Of a DNA stretch of 64,000 nt, positions 28,732 to 37,787 are shown piece after piece. The notes under the pieces are model-generated. The model was not told the origin of the DNA. It did no database searches and saw nothing but the letters and a program-made list of their open reading frames with translations. Numbering within the stretch: position 1 is the stretch's first letter; every line of letters begins with the position of its first letter. Position numbers and translations under genes: made by a program. This DNA is from an uncultured Clostridia bacterium (GTDB taxonomy: Bacteria > Bacillota > Clostridia > TANB77 > CAG-508): positions 148,247-212,246 of the forward strand of contig CALXFG010000001.1 of assembly GCA_944387505.1 (NCBI GenBank). The letters run 5' to 3'.

Positions 28732-30678
28732 GTGAATATAGATAAATTAAAAATAAATGCTTATGGAAAATTAAAAGATCAAGAAATAGAATTTGATAAG
28801 CATATAAATGTGGTTCATGGTCAAAACGAGGCTGGAAAATCAACCATATTAAATTTTATGATAAATATGTTATATGGAATTTCCAAAAATAAAAATGGAA
28901 AAGAATATTCAGATTTTGAGAGATATAAGCCATGGGAAGGAGAAGATTTTTCAGGAAAAATTGAATATACAATAGATAATGGAGAAATATTTGAAGTATT
29001 TAGAGATTTTAGAAAGAAAAATCCACAAATATTTAATGAAAAAAAAGAAGATATCTCTAAACAATTTAATATAGATAAGTCAAAAGGAAATGAATTTTTC
29101 TATGAACAAACAAAAATGGATGAAGCATTATTTTTATCTACCATTGTAGTAAATCAAGAAGAAGTAAAATTAGGGAAGAGTGAGCAAAATATATTAATTC
29201 AAAAAATAGCTAATTTAGTAGGAACAGGAGAAGACAATGTTTCGTATAAAAGAGCCATTGATAGAATTAATAGAAGACAATTAGAAGAAATAGGAACTCA
29301 AAAGTCTAGGGAAAAGCCATTAAACAAATTATTACGAGAAAATGAAACTTTAGAAGAAGAAAAAAAAGAATTAGAAAAATATAAAAATACAAAATATGAA
29401 ATTGAAGAAAATAAAAAAGATTTATTAGAAAAATTTTCAAATACAGAAATAGAATTAGAATATTTAAATAAAATAAAAAAAATATTAGAAGAAGAAAAAA
29501 TAGAAAATGAAAAAATAAAAATAAAAGAAAATATAGAAAATCAAAATAATAAAAAAATAAATTTAAATAAAAAAGAAATTTCGGAAATAGAAAATGAAAA
29601 TAAAAAAATATTTGAAAAAAATAATAAAAAAATAAATACATTAATTAAAAATAAAAATAAATTAAAAAATAAATTCATTATATTATTTATTATTTTAATT
29701 TTAATAAATATTTTTGTATGTATATTGATAAAAAATAATATTTTTAAATATATTTTTCTTCTTACTCTCCCAATGGATTTAATTTTTTCTATTTTATTTT
29801 TAAAAAATAAAAAAAATAAAATAAAAATAGCAGAAGAAGAAAATAAAAAGGAAGAAGAAAAAATAAATCATGAAAAAAATAATTATTTAAATGAAAATAA
29901 AATGATAGAAAAAAATAATAATGAATTAAAAAAAGAGATAGATGAATTAAAAAATAATTTAAATCAAAAAATAGATCAAGAAATAGAAAAAATAAAAAAT
30001 AATTATTTAAATAAAATAAAAAATACAGAAAAAATAAAAATAAATAATTTAAATGAAATACAATATGAAGTAGAAAAAATACAAAAAGAATTAAATAAAA
30101 TAAACATAAAACTACATGAATTAGATTTTGATAAGGAAAATGTGGAAGTTAAAGTAGATAATTTAATGGAAATAGAAGAAAAAATAGTTAACAATAATGA
30201 AAAAATTGTAAACTTAAGAAAATTAGAAAAGAGCATGAATCTGGCAAAAGAACTTCTAGGAAAAGCATATGAAAAAATGAAAAATACAGTAACGCCTAAG
30301 TTTACAGAAAATCTATCTAAAAACATAAATGAAATAACCAATGGAAAATATACAAATGTTATGGTACGAGATGATAATGGATTAGTTGTAGAATTAGATA
30401 GTGGAAATTATGTTGAAGCAAATCGATTAAGTGTAGGAACAATTGATCAATTATATTTATCTTTAAGGCTTTCTATGACAGAAGATTTATCAAAAGAAAA
30501 AATGCCAATTATTTTAGATGAAGCATTTGCATATTATGATACGCAAAGACTAGAAAATATATTAAAATATTTAGCGAATAGTTATCCAGATAGACAAATT
30601 ATTTTATTTACTTGTACAGAAAGAGAAAAAAATATATTTGATGAATTTCATATTTCTTACCATTATATAGAATTATAA
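28732..30678 (+). CDS. Rad50/SbcC-like AAA ATPase with a membrane hairpin in the coiled coil (Bacillus YhaN-type)
   Basis: N-terminal Walker A HGQNEAGKST, a C-terminal signature LSVGTIDQLYLSLRL, and Walker B PIILDEAFAYYD. The K/N/E/I-rich coiled coil is interrupted by the hydrophobic stretch FIILFIILILINIFVCIL...LIFSILFL (about 29675-29805). Confidence 0.75.
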   Translation: MNIDKLKINAYGKLKDQEIEFDKHINVVHGQNEAGKSTILNFMINMLYGISKNKNGKEYSDFERYKPWEGEDFSGKIEYTIDNGEIFEVFRDFRKKNPQIFNEKKEDISKQFNIDKSKGNEFFYEQTKMDEALFLSTIVVNQEEVKLGKSEQNILIQKIANLVGTGEDNVSYKRAIDRINRRQLEEIGTQKSREKPLNKLLRENETLEEEKKELEKYKNTKYEIEENKKDLLEKFSNTEIELEYLNKIKKILEEEKIENEKIKIKENIENQNNKKINLNKKEISEIENENKKIFEKNNKKINTLIKNKNKLKNKFIILFIILILINIFVCILIKNNIFKYIFLLTLPMDLIFSILFLKNKKNKIKIAEEENKKEEEKINHEKNNYLNENKMIEKNNNELKKEIDELKNNLNQKIDQEIEKIKNNYLNKIKNTEKIKINNLNEIQYEVEKIQKELNKINIKLHELDFDKENVEVKVDNLMEIEEKIVNNNEKIVNLRKLEKSMNLAKELLGKAYEKMKNTVTPKFTENLSKNINEITNGKYTNVMVRDDNGLVVELDSGNYVEANRLSVGTIDQLYLSLRLSMTEDLSKEKMPIILDEAFAYYDTQRLENILKYLANSYPDRQIILFTCTEREKNIFDEFHISYHYIEL

Positions 30679-30739
30679 GGAATTTAAGTTTGTTAGATAA
30701 GAAAAGTAAGATTGGCAAAAATAAAAGGGGGAAAATTTC

Positions 30740-31867
30740 ATGAATTTTAACATAAAAAATTTAGATATAAAAATAAGAGGAAATGATAAAAAAGAAATAT
30801 TTAAAATTTTTATGATCCTTGTCTTGATAAATGTCTTAATAACTATAGTGGTGGTTTTATTTGCAAATGTAGAAATTTTAAAAACAATTCTTTTATATAT
30901 TATGTCTGTTATTTATGTGGGAATTGTTATATATATAATTAAAAAAGAAAATGATGAAGCAATCGTTAAACCAAAAGAAGGATTTGAAAATAAATATGAC
31001 CCAATTTTAACGAAGTTTTTAATAAAAAATGAATTTGTACTAGATAATGAATTATTAAATGCAGAAATATACTATCTGATAAGAAAAGGATATGTAGAAA
31101 TCGATAAAGAAAAAAATATACTAAGACTAAAAGATAGAAGTCAGTTTAAACAAATTGATGCCTTAGAAAGAATTAATGGTGATAAAATAAAAGAATATTC
31201 TAGTGATGAAATTCCTTCATATGAAAGTATGTTTATAGGAAAAATTCTATTTGCATTTCATGATGAAATAGAAATAAATGAATTTAAGAGAAACCAAAGA
31301 GAAAACTACTATTTGCAAAGAGGAGAAATGTGCAAATTAGCAATGGAAAAAATGCTTTTATATGAAATTGAAAAAAAGAATATGATGGGACAATCAAGTA
31401 ATTTTAATTTTATTTGTATTGCAGGAATTTTAAATATAATTACATCCATTATGCTATTTATGGTAATTGGAAGATTTAATATAGTTTTATTATTAGCAAC
31501 AATTATAAATATTGCATTAAATGCAGTCATTATTAAAAATGAAAATATATTATCATATAAATACTCAGAAGATATTGTAAAATATATAGATAAATTATTA
31601 GAATATGTAGATATATTAAAAAAAGGAAAAACAACGAAAACGGCTAATTCCCTATATACAGGAGAAAATATAAATGTTAGTGAAATGACAAATCAACAAG
31701 ATAAATTATTAAGTAGTCTACATAATTACGAAAATATAGAAAGTAATCCAAATCATGAAGATATAGAAAACAATGCTGAAAATGAAGAAATAACAAATCA
31801 AAGAAATACAGATGAAGAATTAAAATTCTTATTTGGGATCAATCAAAATGAAGACCTATTTATATAA
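30740..31867 (+). CDS. Hypothetical polytopic membrane protein (DUF2207-like organisation)
   Basis: TM helices at the N-terminus and in the middle. The segment LLNAEIYYLIRKGYVEI resembles the DUF2207 soluble loop, but this is a weak family call. Confidence 0.45.
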   Translation: MNFNIKNLDIKIRGNDKKEIFKIFMILVLINVLITIVVVLFANVEILKTILLYIMSVIYVGIVIYIIKKENDEAIVKPKEGFENKYDPILTKFLIKNEFVLDNELLNAEIYYLIRKGYVEIDKEKNILRLKDRSQFKQIDALERINGDKIKEYSSDEIPSYESMFIGKILFAFHDEIEINEFKRNQRENYYLQRGEMCKLAMEKMLLYEIEKKNMMGQSSNFNFICIAGILNIITSIMLFMVIGRFNIVLLLATIINIALNAVIIKNENILSYKYSEDIVKYIDKLLEYVDILKKGKTTKTANSLYTGENINVSEMTNQQDKLLSSLHNYENIESNPNHEDIENNAENEEITNQRNTDEELKFLFGINQNEDLFI

Positions 31868-31973
31868 TAGGTCTTTACGCTTCTTCGAGAACTTAAATAC
31901 ATGTAATTAAATTAGAAAAGTAGGGAAAAGTTCTCTCGAAGCAAGATTTGTCCTAGAGAATGTGGTAAATGCC

Positions 31974-32002
31974 TTGTAAAAATAGAAAAAATATAGTATA
32001 AT
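31974..32002 (+). promoter_or_regulatory. Putative promoter of prfA
   Basis: TTGTAA, a 17-nt spacer, then TATAAT. Confidence 0.45.
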
Positions 32003-32033
32003 ATTTCAAGCTTAGGAAAGAAGGAGAATATTT

Positions 32034-33095
32034 ATGTTTGAAAAATTAGAAACAGTAGAAAAGAGATATGATGAATTAACAAAAATGATTAGTGACCCAG
32101 AAGTGATATCTAATCATACAGAATGGCAAAAACTAATGAAAGAACATGCTAGTATAGAAGAAATTGTATTAAAATTTAGAGAATATAAAAAAGAAAAACA
32201 AGCAATGGAAGAAGCAGAAGAATTAATGAAAGATCCAGAAATGAAAGAACTTGCAGAAGAAGAATATTATGCTTCAAAAGAAAAATTGCCTAAAATAGAA
32301 GAAGAATTAAAAGTTTTATTAATTCCAAAAGATCCAGATGATGATAAAAATATTATTTGTGAAATACGTGCTGGAGCAGGAGGAGAAGAAGCAGCATTAT
32401 TTGCAGGAACTTTATTTAGAATGTATACCATGTATGCAGAAAGAAAACACTGGAAATTAGAAGTCCTTAATGAGAATGAAACAGGACTAGGGGGATATAA
32501 AGAAATTTCTTTCATGATTACAGGGAAAGGTGTATATAGTAGATTAAAATTCGAAAGTGGTGTTCATAGAGTACAAAGAGTGCCAGACACAGAAAGTAGT
32601 GGAAGAATCCATACATCAACAGCAACAGTTGCTGTTTTACCTGTTGTAGAAGATGTAGAAATTGAAATTAACCCTTCAGATATCAAAATGGAAGTGTTCC
32701 GTTCATCAGGTGCAGGTGGACAACATATTAATAAAACTTCATCAGCCGTAAGATTAATTCATGAACCAACAGGAATTGTAGTAGAATGTCAAACAGAACG
32801 TTCTCAATTCCAAAACAGAGATAATGCGATGAAAATGCTTAGAACAAAATTATATGAAATGGAAAAACAAAAACAAGATAGTGAAATATCAAATGCAAGA
32901 AAATCACAAGTTGGTTCAGGAGATAGAAGTGAAAAAATAAGAACCTATAATTATCCTCAAGGAAGAATTACAGACCATAGAATTGGAATGAGTATTTATC
33001 AAATGGAAAACTTCTTAAACGGAGATTTAGATGAAATGATTGATAATTTAATCGCAGCAGATAGAGCTGAAAAATTAAAAGGTGAAGAGGAATAA
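32034..33095 (+). CDS. prfA: Peptide chain release factor 1
   Basis: GGQ motif [18 protein letters not shown] and the RF1-type region [13 protein letters not shown]. 353 aa. Confidence 0.92.
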   Translation: MFEKLETVEKRYDELTKMISDPEVISNHTEWQKLMKEHASIEEIVLKFREYKKEKQAMEEAEELMKDPEMKELAEEEYYASKEKLPKIEEELKVLLIPKDPDDDKNIICEIRAGAGGEEAALFAGTLFRMYTMYAERKHWKLEVLNENETGLGGYKEISFMITGKGVYSRLKFESGVHRVQRVPDTESSGRIHTSTATVAVLPVVEDVEIEINPSDIKMEVFRSSGAGGQHINKTSSAVRLIHEPTGIVVECQTERSQFQNRDNAMKMLRTKLYEMEKQKQDSEISNARKSQVGSGDRSEKIRTYNYPQGRITDHRIGMSIYQMENFLNGDLDEMIDNLIAADRAEKLKGEEE

Positions 33096-33146
33096 AGTCT
33101 ATTACTATATCATGTATTGATACAGAAAAAGCAATGCTAAAATTTA

Positions 33147-33178
33147 AACAGGATCCACATTGTGGGTCCTGTTTTTAT
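33147..33178. terminator. Hairpin terminator between prfA and the convergent 33201 ORF
   Basis: 13-bp stem aaacaggatccac / gtgggtcctgttt followed by a T-run. Confidence 0.8.
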
Positions 33179-33200
33179 CAATATATTAAAACTTAACTAT

Positions 33201-33863
33201 TTATTTTGTAAAATCTGGTTCAGTTCTGTCATCGAATGTTTTTGAATCTCGATTTTGAGAATGTTCTTGACTGGATTTATGTTCATGCCAAATATTTTTT
33301 ATATCTTTAAATACTTCTGGTGGAACGCCTGGTATGCCAGAATGCATAATTGCATTTTCATCAAAAATCAATTTTTTTCCCGCACTATTTTTTACTGCCT
33401 GACGAAATTGATTCATAATATATTCATTTTTATTAAGGTCTAACCCTTTTGATTTCATTTTTTGTATTACTTTATCAAATTTATCATAAGATTTAACATT
33501 TTTATATTGATGTCTTATCATTTTTCTTACATTTTTATATTTACGTCTTGATTGCTTATATTCTAATTTTGCTTGAGTTTCTTTTCTCTTAGCAATCTCC
33601 AAATCTTTTTTTGCTAATTTTAATTTTTTTCTAGCTTTCATGATTTTTATAATATGAGGAAAATGTAAATTTTGTAATGCTTCTTTTGCTTTATCTCTAG
33701 CTACTTTCTTTTCTAAAACTGTGGTTTTTGCAGATTTAAAAGCAACTTTTTTATCTAGTCTATCTTCTCTAACTTTAGTAAAAGCATTTGAAGCTCCTTC
33801 AGCAATTCCTTGTTGCTCCATATCAATGGCTTTGTCTAATGTACTAAATGACATTGATATCAT
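33201..33863 (-). CDS. Hypothetical basic, Lys-rich helical protein (220 aa)
   Basis: Long ORF with coding-like composition. No recognised motif. Confidence 0.45.
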   Translation of the reverse strand: MISMSFSTLDKAIDMEQQGIAEGASNAFTKVREDRLDKKVAFKSAKTTVLEKKVARDKAKEALQNLHFPHIIKIMKARKKLKLAKKDLEIAKRKETQAKLEYKQSRRKYKNVRKMIRHQYKNVKSYDKFDKVIQKMKSKGLDLNKNEYIMNQFRQAVKNSAGKKLIFDENAIMHSGIPGVPPEVFKDIKNIWHEHKSSQEHSQNRDSKTFDDRTEPDFTK

Positions 33864-34014
33864 CTCCCTTCAAGTTTTTTATAAAGCTTGTAAAAAGACC
33901 TAAATATATTATACCATAATTGCTATATACTGTCAAAATTAGTTATAAGCGACAATAGATTTAAATCTTCTATAAAAAGTCAAGGAATTTTTATAAGAGA
34001 CTAAAAATATATAA

Positions 34015-34332
34015 AGAATAAATAATGATACATATGTTGATGTAGAAGATATTGCAATATATAATGGCATTAGCTCTTCTGAAGGGGTAAGTTTAGATGA
34101 TTTTGAATATACTGCGACAGAAGAAAATGAAACTCCTTCAAATACAGATAATAATGGAATTTCCGGAAATACAAATAATAATGGAATCAATCGAAATAAT
34201 GATAGCACAACTGCAACAATAAGACTTCCAGCAGCAGGAATGTCAACAATGATTATTATCATTTTATTAGTAACAGCAGTTTGTACAATTGTATTATTCT
34301 TAAAAAATAGAAAATATAGAGGTATAAAATAA
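34015..34332 (+). pseudogene. Orphan C-terminal remnant of a wall-anchored surface protein (sorting signal only)
   Basis: My translation ends ...NNDSTTATIRLPAAGMSTMIIIILLVTAVCTIVLFLKNRKYRGIK*. That is a pentapeptide (LPAAG), a hydrophobic helix and a basic tail. The frame has no start codon and is closed by three stops just upstream (33973, 33994, 34012). Confidence 0.45.
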
Positions 34333-34403
34333 TTTAGAACAGGTAATAAAATAAAACTCTTTAAAATAAACTAAAATAAAGTATATTTTAAGGAGTTTTT
34401 TTC

Positions 34404-35148
34404 ATGCAAGAAATTATAAAAACAACTTTAATAGGATTATTTTTTGGAACATTTGGAACCACAATTGGTGGAATTATCGGTGTAATTACCAAAAAACATT
34501 CAAAAAAATTTTTAAGTTTTGTATTAGCATTTGCCTCAGGACTGATGATGGCCATTATCTGTTTCGATTTAATACCAGAAGCATTAGGAATTAGCAATTT
34601 GATAAGTGCTATTACAGGAATATTGCTAGGAATTGCTATGATGATTTTCTGTGATAAATTAGTTGAAAAAAAGTTTTCCATAGAAGAGACAAATGCAAGT
34701 AAAAATAATACTTTACTAAAAACAGGAATCGTCGTATCCATCGGATTAGCTATTCACAATTTTCCAGAAGGTTTAGCTATTGGTTCAGGTTTTGGTGCCT
34801 CTATTAAATTAGGTTTAAGCTTGGCAATTGCTATTTGCTTACATGATATACCAGAAGGAATATCTATGGCAATACCAATGAAAAATGGAGGTATGAAGAA
34901 AAGTAAGGTTATATTTTTAGTGGTAATGTCTGGAATCACTACGGGAATAGGAGCTTTTGTAGGAGCTATTATTGGAGGAATATCAGAAGAGGTAATTGCC
35001 GTTTGCTTAAGTTTTGCAGCAGGTGCCATGTTATATATCATCTCTCGGAGAATTAATTCCAGAAGCAAATAGTTTATATCATGGTCGAATGACGGCAATA
35101 GGAAATATAATTGGATTTTTATTAGGATTGTTTGCGATGATGTTATAG
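34404..35148 (+). CDS. ZIP-family (ZupT/GufA-like) metal transporter, interrupted by one +1 frame break near the C-terminus (at CGG-A, 35046-35049)
   Basis: Motifs HNFPEGLAIG and HDIPEGISMA. The track ORF ends ...MLYIISRRINSRSK*. The +1 frame continues GELIPEANSLYHGRMTAIGNIIGFLLGLFAMML* to 35148, restoring the conserved ZIP C-terminus. Confidence 0.8.
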
Positions 35149-35297
35149 AGTCTAAAGAAAAGGAAAATAATAGTATCAATTCATTTATCATGATTTTGAA
35201 TAAGTTAAACAATTATAAATTTTAAAAGTCTATATATTTAAAGATAAATCTATTCAAATAAAAAGTTTTGTGATATATTAAAATTGGTGAGAATAAA

Positions 35298-36347
35298 ATG
35301 TTAACGAAAAAAAAGATGATAAGAAGAATTGATATTATTTTTTGGTCAATCATAATCATTAGAGCAATCATTGCAATTATACAAGCTATACAAAGTGGAG
35401 ATATTAATATTCATTTTGTTACGGATAGTCAGTTAGAAATTTTAAGTTTGAAAGACTCTATATGGATATCTTTTAGTATAACCTTTTTTATGCTTTTTAT
35501 GTTCTTCTTCTTTGTGATAGCTTCATTGCTACAAAACTTTTATATAACGTTTATATATATTGGAGTAAGAATTGCTTATAAAAAACATAGCAAGGAAAAA
35601 TTAGATAAAATAGATTTTAAAAACAATAGTTATTATAGAGATATCATATCTAAATATTCTCCAGCTGTTTTAAGTTACATAGATGATTTTAAATTAGAGG
35701 AAAAAGATATAGTTGCTACATTAATGTCATTAGAGTTAAAACAAAAATTGACAATTAAAGACAGTATAAAAATAATAAATGATAGTGAAGAAAACTTAGA
35801 TGAAAATGAAAAATATGTATTTAAAAAATTAAAAAACCATACATTAAAAAATATAAATATGTTAGAATTTGAAGAAAAGGTAAAGAAAGATTGCTTAGAC
35901 TATAATTTATTAGAAGAAAATAAAGATATAAAGAAAAATATAATAAAAAAAGTCATTTTTAGTGTGTGTATATATATATTAATTGTTGTAGGATTTTCCA
36001 ACTTTCCAACTTTTTATAATAATATACCGAATAAAACTATTGCTATTTTACTCTTGCCAGTAATATTTATATTATTTTTAATTATGATTATTTTACCTTT
36101 TGCAACAATTGTTTATATACGATCATATTATATTATGAATAAACAAAATCCATATATACGTAATAAACAGGCTAGAAATATCAATAAAAAATTGGAAGGT
36201 TTAAGAAAATATGTGAAAGATTTTTCACAATTAAGTGAAAGTCAATATAATGAAATTGTATTATGGGAAGATTATTTGATTTATTCTGTAATTTTAGGAC
36301 AAAATTCTAAGATTGTAAAAGAGATTATGAAAAAGATTAATGAATAA
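35298..36347 (+). CDS. Hypothetical membrane protein (DUF2207-like)
   Basis: TM helices flank a soluble loop containing SPAVLSYIDDFKLEEKDIVATLMSLELK. The C-terminal VLWEDYLIYSVILGQ resembles the DUF2207 tail. Confidence 0.5.
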   Translation: MLTKKKMIRRIDIIFWSIIIIRAIIAIIQAIQSGDINIHFVTDSQLEILSLKDSIWISFSITFFMLFMFFFFVIASLLQNFYITFIYIGVRIAYKKHSKEKLDKIDFKNNSYYRDIISKYSPAVLSYIDDFKLEEKDIVATLMSLELKQKLTIKDSIKIINDSEENLDENEKYVFKKLKNHTLKNINMLEFEEKVKKDCLDYNLLEENKDIKKNIIKKVIFSVCIYILIVVGFSNFPTFYNNIPNKTIAILLLPVIFILFLIMIILPFATIVYIRSYYIMNKQNPYIRNKQARNINKKLEGLRKYVKDFSQLSESQYNEIVLWEDYLIYSVILGQNSKIVKEIMKKINE

Positions 36348-36580
36348 AAGAATTATTAGCGAGTTTTTACAAAGAAATTAAAATATATAGAGAATAGATA
36401 AATATAATTGTAGAGTAAGTATAATTTACAACTTGCTCTATTTTTGTATAAAAAAGTATATTTTACGAAAAATTTAAGTATAAAGAGATTACAAATAAAT
36501 TATTTAAGTATTTTATAAAAAGATAAAAAGAAAATAATTTTCACGATGATATAGAAGATATAAAAAATCAGATAAAATTA

Positions 36581-36609
36581 TTGACAAACAGGTTAAAATC
36601 ATATAAAAT
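36581..36609 (+). promoter_or_regulatory. Putative promoter of the rhuM-like gene
   Basis: TTGACA, a 17-nt spacer, then TAAAAT. Confidence 0.4.
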
Positions 36610-36657
36610 ACAAACAAAAGTTTGAAACAACTAAACAAACAGAGGAGGAATTAAAGT

Positions 36658-37680
36658 TTGAATTATATAGAAAATTTAAAGGATTTAATCATATATCAAA
36701 GTCAGAATAATAAAAATATATCGGTAGAAGTTTTATATAATGAAGAAGATTTTTGGTTAACTCAAAAATCAATGGCAAAATTATTTAATGTGGCAGAAAA
36801 TAATATTACATATCATTTACAAAATATTTTTAGAACAGAGGAATTAGAGAAAGATTCAGTTACTCAAAAAATTAGAGTAACTGCTTCAGATGGAAAAAAA
36901 TATAACACTAATTTTTATAGTTTAGATGCTATTATAGCAGTTGGTTATAGAGTAAACTCAAAAGAAGCAACAGATTTTAGAATATGGGCAACAAAAACAC
37001 TAAAAGAATATATAAAAAAGGGATTTGTTGTGAATAGCGAGTTCTTAAAAAATGGACCAAAATTTGGAAAAGATTATTTTGATGAATTATTAGTTAAAAT
37101 AAAAGAAATTAGAGCAAGTGAAAGAAGATTTTATCAAAAAATAACAGATATATATAAAGAATGTAGTTATGATTATGATAAAAATAGTGAAACAACACAA
37201 GAATTTTACAAAAATGTTCAAAATAAATTACACTATGCAATTACGGGAATGACAGCTCCTGAGATTATTTATAATAGAGCAAACAGTGGGAAAGAAAATA
37301 TGGGGTTAGCTACATGGAAAAATGCACCAGATGGCAAAATATTAGAAACAGATGTTACAGTAGCAAAAAATTATTTATCACAAGAAGAAATTACAGAATT
37401 AAATAATTTAGTTTCAATGTATCTAGATTATGCAGAAAGACAAGTAAAGCTAGGTAAGATTATCTCAATGCAAGAATGGAAAGATAAATTAGAAGTATTT
37501 TTAAAAATTAACGAATATAATATTTTAAAAGATAATGGAAAAATAAAGAGAGAAATAGCAGACAAGCTTGCATTAGATGAGTATAAAAAGTATAGAGTTA
37601 TACAGGATAAAGAATATATATCTGATTTTGATGAACTATTAAAAGAAACAAAGAAGTTAGAAGGCGGACAAGAAAGTTAA
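36658..37680 (+). CDS. rhuM: RhuM-family (virulence-associated / DNA-binding) protein
   Basis: The N-terminal block VEVLYNEEDFWLTQKSMAKLFNVAENNITYHLQNIF...YNTNFYSLDAIIAVGYRVNSKEATDFRIWATKTLKEY is characteristic of RhuM-family proteins. TTG start with an AGGAGGA RBS. Confidence 0.75.
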   Translation: MNYIENLKDLIIYQSQNNKNISVEVLYNEEDFWLTQKSMAKLFNVAENNITYHLQNIFRTEELEKDSVTQKIRVTASDGKKYNTNFYSLDAIIAVGYRVNSKEATDFRIWATKTLKEYIKKGFVVNSEFLKNGPKFGKDYFDELLVKIKEIRASERRFYQKITDIYKECSYDYDKNSETTQEFYKNVQNKLHYAITGMTAPEIIYNRANSGKENMGLATWKNAPDGKILETDVTVAKNYLSQEEITELNNLVSMYLDYAERQVKLGKIISMQEWKDKLEVFLKINEYNILKDNGKIKREIADKLALDEYKKYRVIQDKEYISDFDELLKETKKLEGGQES

Positions 37681-37787
37681 TAAAAGGAACATTAAAAAAT
37701 GTATATCAAAATGTGCTTGCTTTTTTAAATGAAATATAGTAGAATAAAAAACGCAAACAGATATTTGAAATAAAGGAGTAAAAATAG

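Noticed and set aside
29300-30100. Highly repetitive A-rich stretch that looked like a tandem-repeat or CRISPR-like array
   Set aside because: There is no fixed repeat/spacer periodicity. It is in-frame coding for a K/N/E/I-rich coiled coil of the Rad50-like ATPase, flanked by its Walker A and signature/Walker B motifs.
33939-34262. 107-aa minus-strand ORF
   Set aside because: The opposite strand encodes a recognisable wall-sorting signal. The minus ORF is a hydrophobic, low-complexity shadow with no RBS.
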